From assembly GCF_009914755.1 (NCBI RefSeq), contig NC_060944.1: a DNA stretch of 64,000 nt; one strand, written 5' to 3'. A model generated the notes under the pieces. It made no database searches, was not told where the DNA came from, and saw only the letters and a program-made list of their open reading frames with translations. The position numbers were made by a program, and so were the translations under genes. Origin of the DNA: the human T2T-CHM13v2.0 reference genome, Homo sapiens. Of this stretch, positions 60,621-64,000 are shown piece after piece (the stretch's first letter is position 1; the number at the start of each line of letters is the position of its first letter).

Positions 60621-61537
60621 GCTAAATAGGGACCTTGATACTAAGAAAGTAGTCTGTGAATATGGCCAGATGTTTGTCACTAGTTTGGGAGAAATCTCTT
60701 GGTCTGGACATTTTCTGTGAATGTCAGAGTAGATGTAATTATCCGGGGGGACTTGCCATGGACTCTGGTCATCTGGTAAAGACATGTATATTTCTGTGCT
60801 AATAAAGTAGTTTTAATTTTAAAATTCACCTCAAGTATGAGATTCTTCCCTCTGTACACATGAGCTTTGTTTAGGGCTTTAGCACAAACTTAGCTCTGCT
60901 GCATGCCTCAAAAGAGGTGCAGCTCAGGGTACCAGTTTGCTAAAGGGGAGCCACATAGTCCTGTTAACCTTGCAGTGAAACTTAAGAGTTGATTAGGGTG
61001 GCAGGAAGCCAGAAGCACACTGCATGGTAATGAAGCCCCAAACAACTCGTTTTTCTTTCTACTGATGAGAAAAAGGAATTAAGCATAAATTGCAGTAGGA
61101 GACATTTGGTCTGGAATCTAGGAATAACTTGCTGATGGGACATTTTAGAGATTAGGATCCCCAGACAAGTAGTGATGTTGCTGTGATGGGGAAGGATACT
61201 GCTTTCTGGCCCTAACAGAGATAGACTCAAATCTTTTAAGCCCTCATTAAGATACTGTGTGTAAATTTTGTTTTTATTAATGCAAATTATAATTATTCAG
61301 TATTCCTTCCTTTTTTTTTCTTTGACAATTTTAAGCCTTGTCCTAGGTTAAGACTGATGAACAGGAGCCAAAGAAGAGCTTTGTTGCAAATGTATACACT
61401 TTTTCCTAAAGTGATTTTCCATGACCTGATACTTGGTCACTGAGCACCTTGACAAATGAATGACTGGGTAGTTTTATTAAGCCAGTTTTTTGTTGCTGTT
61501 GTTTTTCCCGCTCTCTGTCTTCTTCTTCTTCATGTAG

Positions 61538-61654
<117 letters not shown>

Positions 61655-62399
61655 TGAGGACTTTGTCCATAAATAAAATGGCAATATATGACAGTGACTT
61701 GCTAAATGTCTACAGGGAGTGGGCACATAAGCCTGGTGTGGCCAGGAGCTAGTCCTGGAGTTCAGCAAGCCTTGGTTTGTACCCCAGCTCCACTACTCAG
61801 TTTCTTTAAGCCTTAGATTACTCCTCTGTTAAATCCTGGTACTTTTTTCATAGTTGTGAAGATTCGATGAGACCAGTAGATACAAAGCTTTTGGCTATTC
61901 ATGTTGGCATCACAGTCAGTGGTTTGTTGCCAGTTGGTCTCAGTCATCCCAGGACCTTTGGAAAGGGGAAGGGGAAGCACTTCACTTACCCTCTCTCCAC
62001 CCACATGTCCTACTGTCTCGTTTTAGTATAAAGCTTAATTTGTCCTTAAGAGTTGCACTCTGGGTAAGTTTCTCATGATTTTTACATAAGCAACATTAGA
62101 GCATTAGAAATATATACTTGCCTAAAATCCCATCCAGCCCAGAGTTTGTGGGAAAGTGTGATAGTTACTTTTCAACCAAGCCCTCAAAGATCACAGAACA
62201 TATTTTCTAAAAACTCTTTGCTTTAGATGAAATTAGCTAAAAAATGTCTTGAGAGAGAATTTTTTAATTTGTAGAGAATAATTAAGATGATATTTCAGGA
62301 CAGCACAGTCCATATATTTGCCACTCACTTATGTAAAGCGATTAGAAAATTAGATTTCCTATTATCTGTTTGGGAAAATGAGGGAGATATTAATTGTAA

Positions 62400-62513
<114 letters not shown>

Positions 62514-62674
62514 TGAAGTTCATCAGCGTGTCTTTTTTTAACATATTGATTGCAGCTTAATAAATAAGGAATTATGAAACGAAAGAGTTGTAGACAACTA
62601 GAAATAAAAACAAAAAAGATCAAAGAAAGAAGTTTGTATACAATGTACAAGGTTATCAAATTATTATAGCATGG

Positions 62675-63620
62675 ATTTTTTTAAAACCACTTTATTGAAG
62701 TATAACTGATTGACTTGTTAAAAGCTATACGTATTTAATGTATACAACTTGATGAGCTTGGAGATAAGTATATATGCATGAAACCATCACAGCAATCTAT
62801 TCCTGAACACTTCTACCATCTCCAGAAGTTTTCTCCTGCCCACTTAATTCATTATTATTATTATTTTGTAATAAGAACCACTTAACATAAGATCTACCCT
62901 CTTAGCAAATTTTTAAGTATACAATACTGTATTATTAGCTGTAGCCACTGTACTATACTGTTGATCTTTAGGACTTATCCTGCATAACTGAAACTTTATA
63001 CCACCTTTTGGCTAATACCTCCACATTTTTCCCTCCCTGCAGTTCCTGACAACTAGAATTCCACTCTCTGCTTCTCTGAGTTTATTTTAGATTTGTCATA
63101 TAAGTAATATCATGTGGAATTTGTCTTTTTGTGCCTGCCTTAGCGTAATGTACTCTAGATTCACCCATGTTGTTGCAGATGGCAGGATTTCCATTTTAAG
63201 ACTGAATAATATTTCATTGTATGTGTACACCACATTTTCCTTGTCTATTCGTCCATTGATGGATATTTAGGTTGCCTCCATATCTTAGCTATTGTGAAGA
63301 ATGCTGCAGTGAAAATGGGAGTGCTGCTGTCTCTTTGAGATCCTGGTTTCAGTTCCTCTGGATATACACCCTGAAGTGGGATTGCTGGATCATATGAACA
63401 TTCTATTTTTAATTTGTTGAGGAACCATACTGTTTTCCACAGTGGCTGTACCAGTTTACATTTCCACCAACAGCATACAAGGGGATTCCCTTTTCTCCAC
63501 ATTCTCGCCAACACTTGTTTTCTTTTGGTTTTTTTGAAAATAACCATCCTACCTGGAATGAGGTGCTATCTCATTATGATTTTGATTTGCATTTCCCTGA
63601 TGATTGGTGATGTTGGGTGC
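62675..63620 (-). mobile_element. L1MA-type 3' fragment
   Basis: ORF track shows L1 ORF2-like CWWKCKLVQPLWKTVW...YDPAIPL. Confidence 0.85.
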
Positions 63621-64000
63621 TTTAGCAGGAGTTTTAATAGTATAATTAATTGCTATTTTACATTTATCTAGAGCAAAAAGAAAAATGGAGAAGTAGAGGC
63701 AATTAAATATTAATAAAGACCGTAATAGTAGGGCAGCAATATTAGATTGAAATAATGGAGTTAAATTGGCCAAAACAGTGTGGCCAAATAGCAGTTAAAA
63801 TATCCTAAATCATATGAGCTAATTAACGGAAATATGTTTCTAAGCAAAATGTAATACTTTATAATTGGGTTAAAATTTGTTTTACCTGCCCATACACAAG
63901 AAGGATAAAAAGAGAATAATCTGATTCTAAGAATGGTAACAATGTATTTGTATAGGCTTTGTAGTTTTCAAGGTTTGCTTACTTGTTTTTGGTTTATAAC

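Overview
Human (hominid) genomic DNA covering the interior of RALGAPB (KIAA1219, the non-catalytic beta subunit of the RalGAP complex) on the + strand. I traced 23 GT-AG coding exons from 740 to 62497 (probably exons ~6-28). They splice in one continuous frame from ...[12 protein letters not shown] to ...TANSSTSLR; the start and stop codons lie outside the window. The introns contain a MADE1-derived miR-548 hairpin (MIR548O2), an RPS3 processed pseudogene nested in an old L1, a 5'-truncated SVA, a young AluYa5-like element, a short L1PA 3' end, many Alus and DNA-transposon fossils. There is no evidence for a prokaryotic-type novel system, and most short ORFs in the track are repeat-derived noise. 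The most interesting signals not explained by the canonical exon chain are: (i) a 9-nt in-frame microexon candidate (26034-26042) with neural-microexon architecture, upstream of three in-frame alternative acceptors; (ii) a 36-nt in-frame cassette exon candidate (11901-11936); (iii) a YCAY/GCATG-dense repeat in the same intron as the microexon; and (iv) an exact 49-bp direct repeat bracketing a coding exon. Gene and repeat identities come from recalled sequence, not a database search, and repeat boundaries are approximate. The alternative exons may already be annotated in splicing databases.
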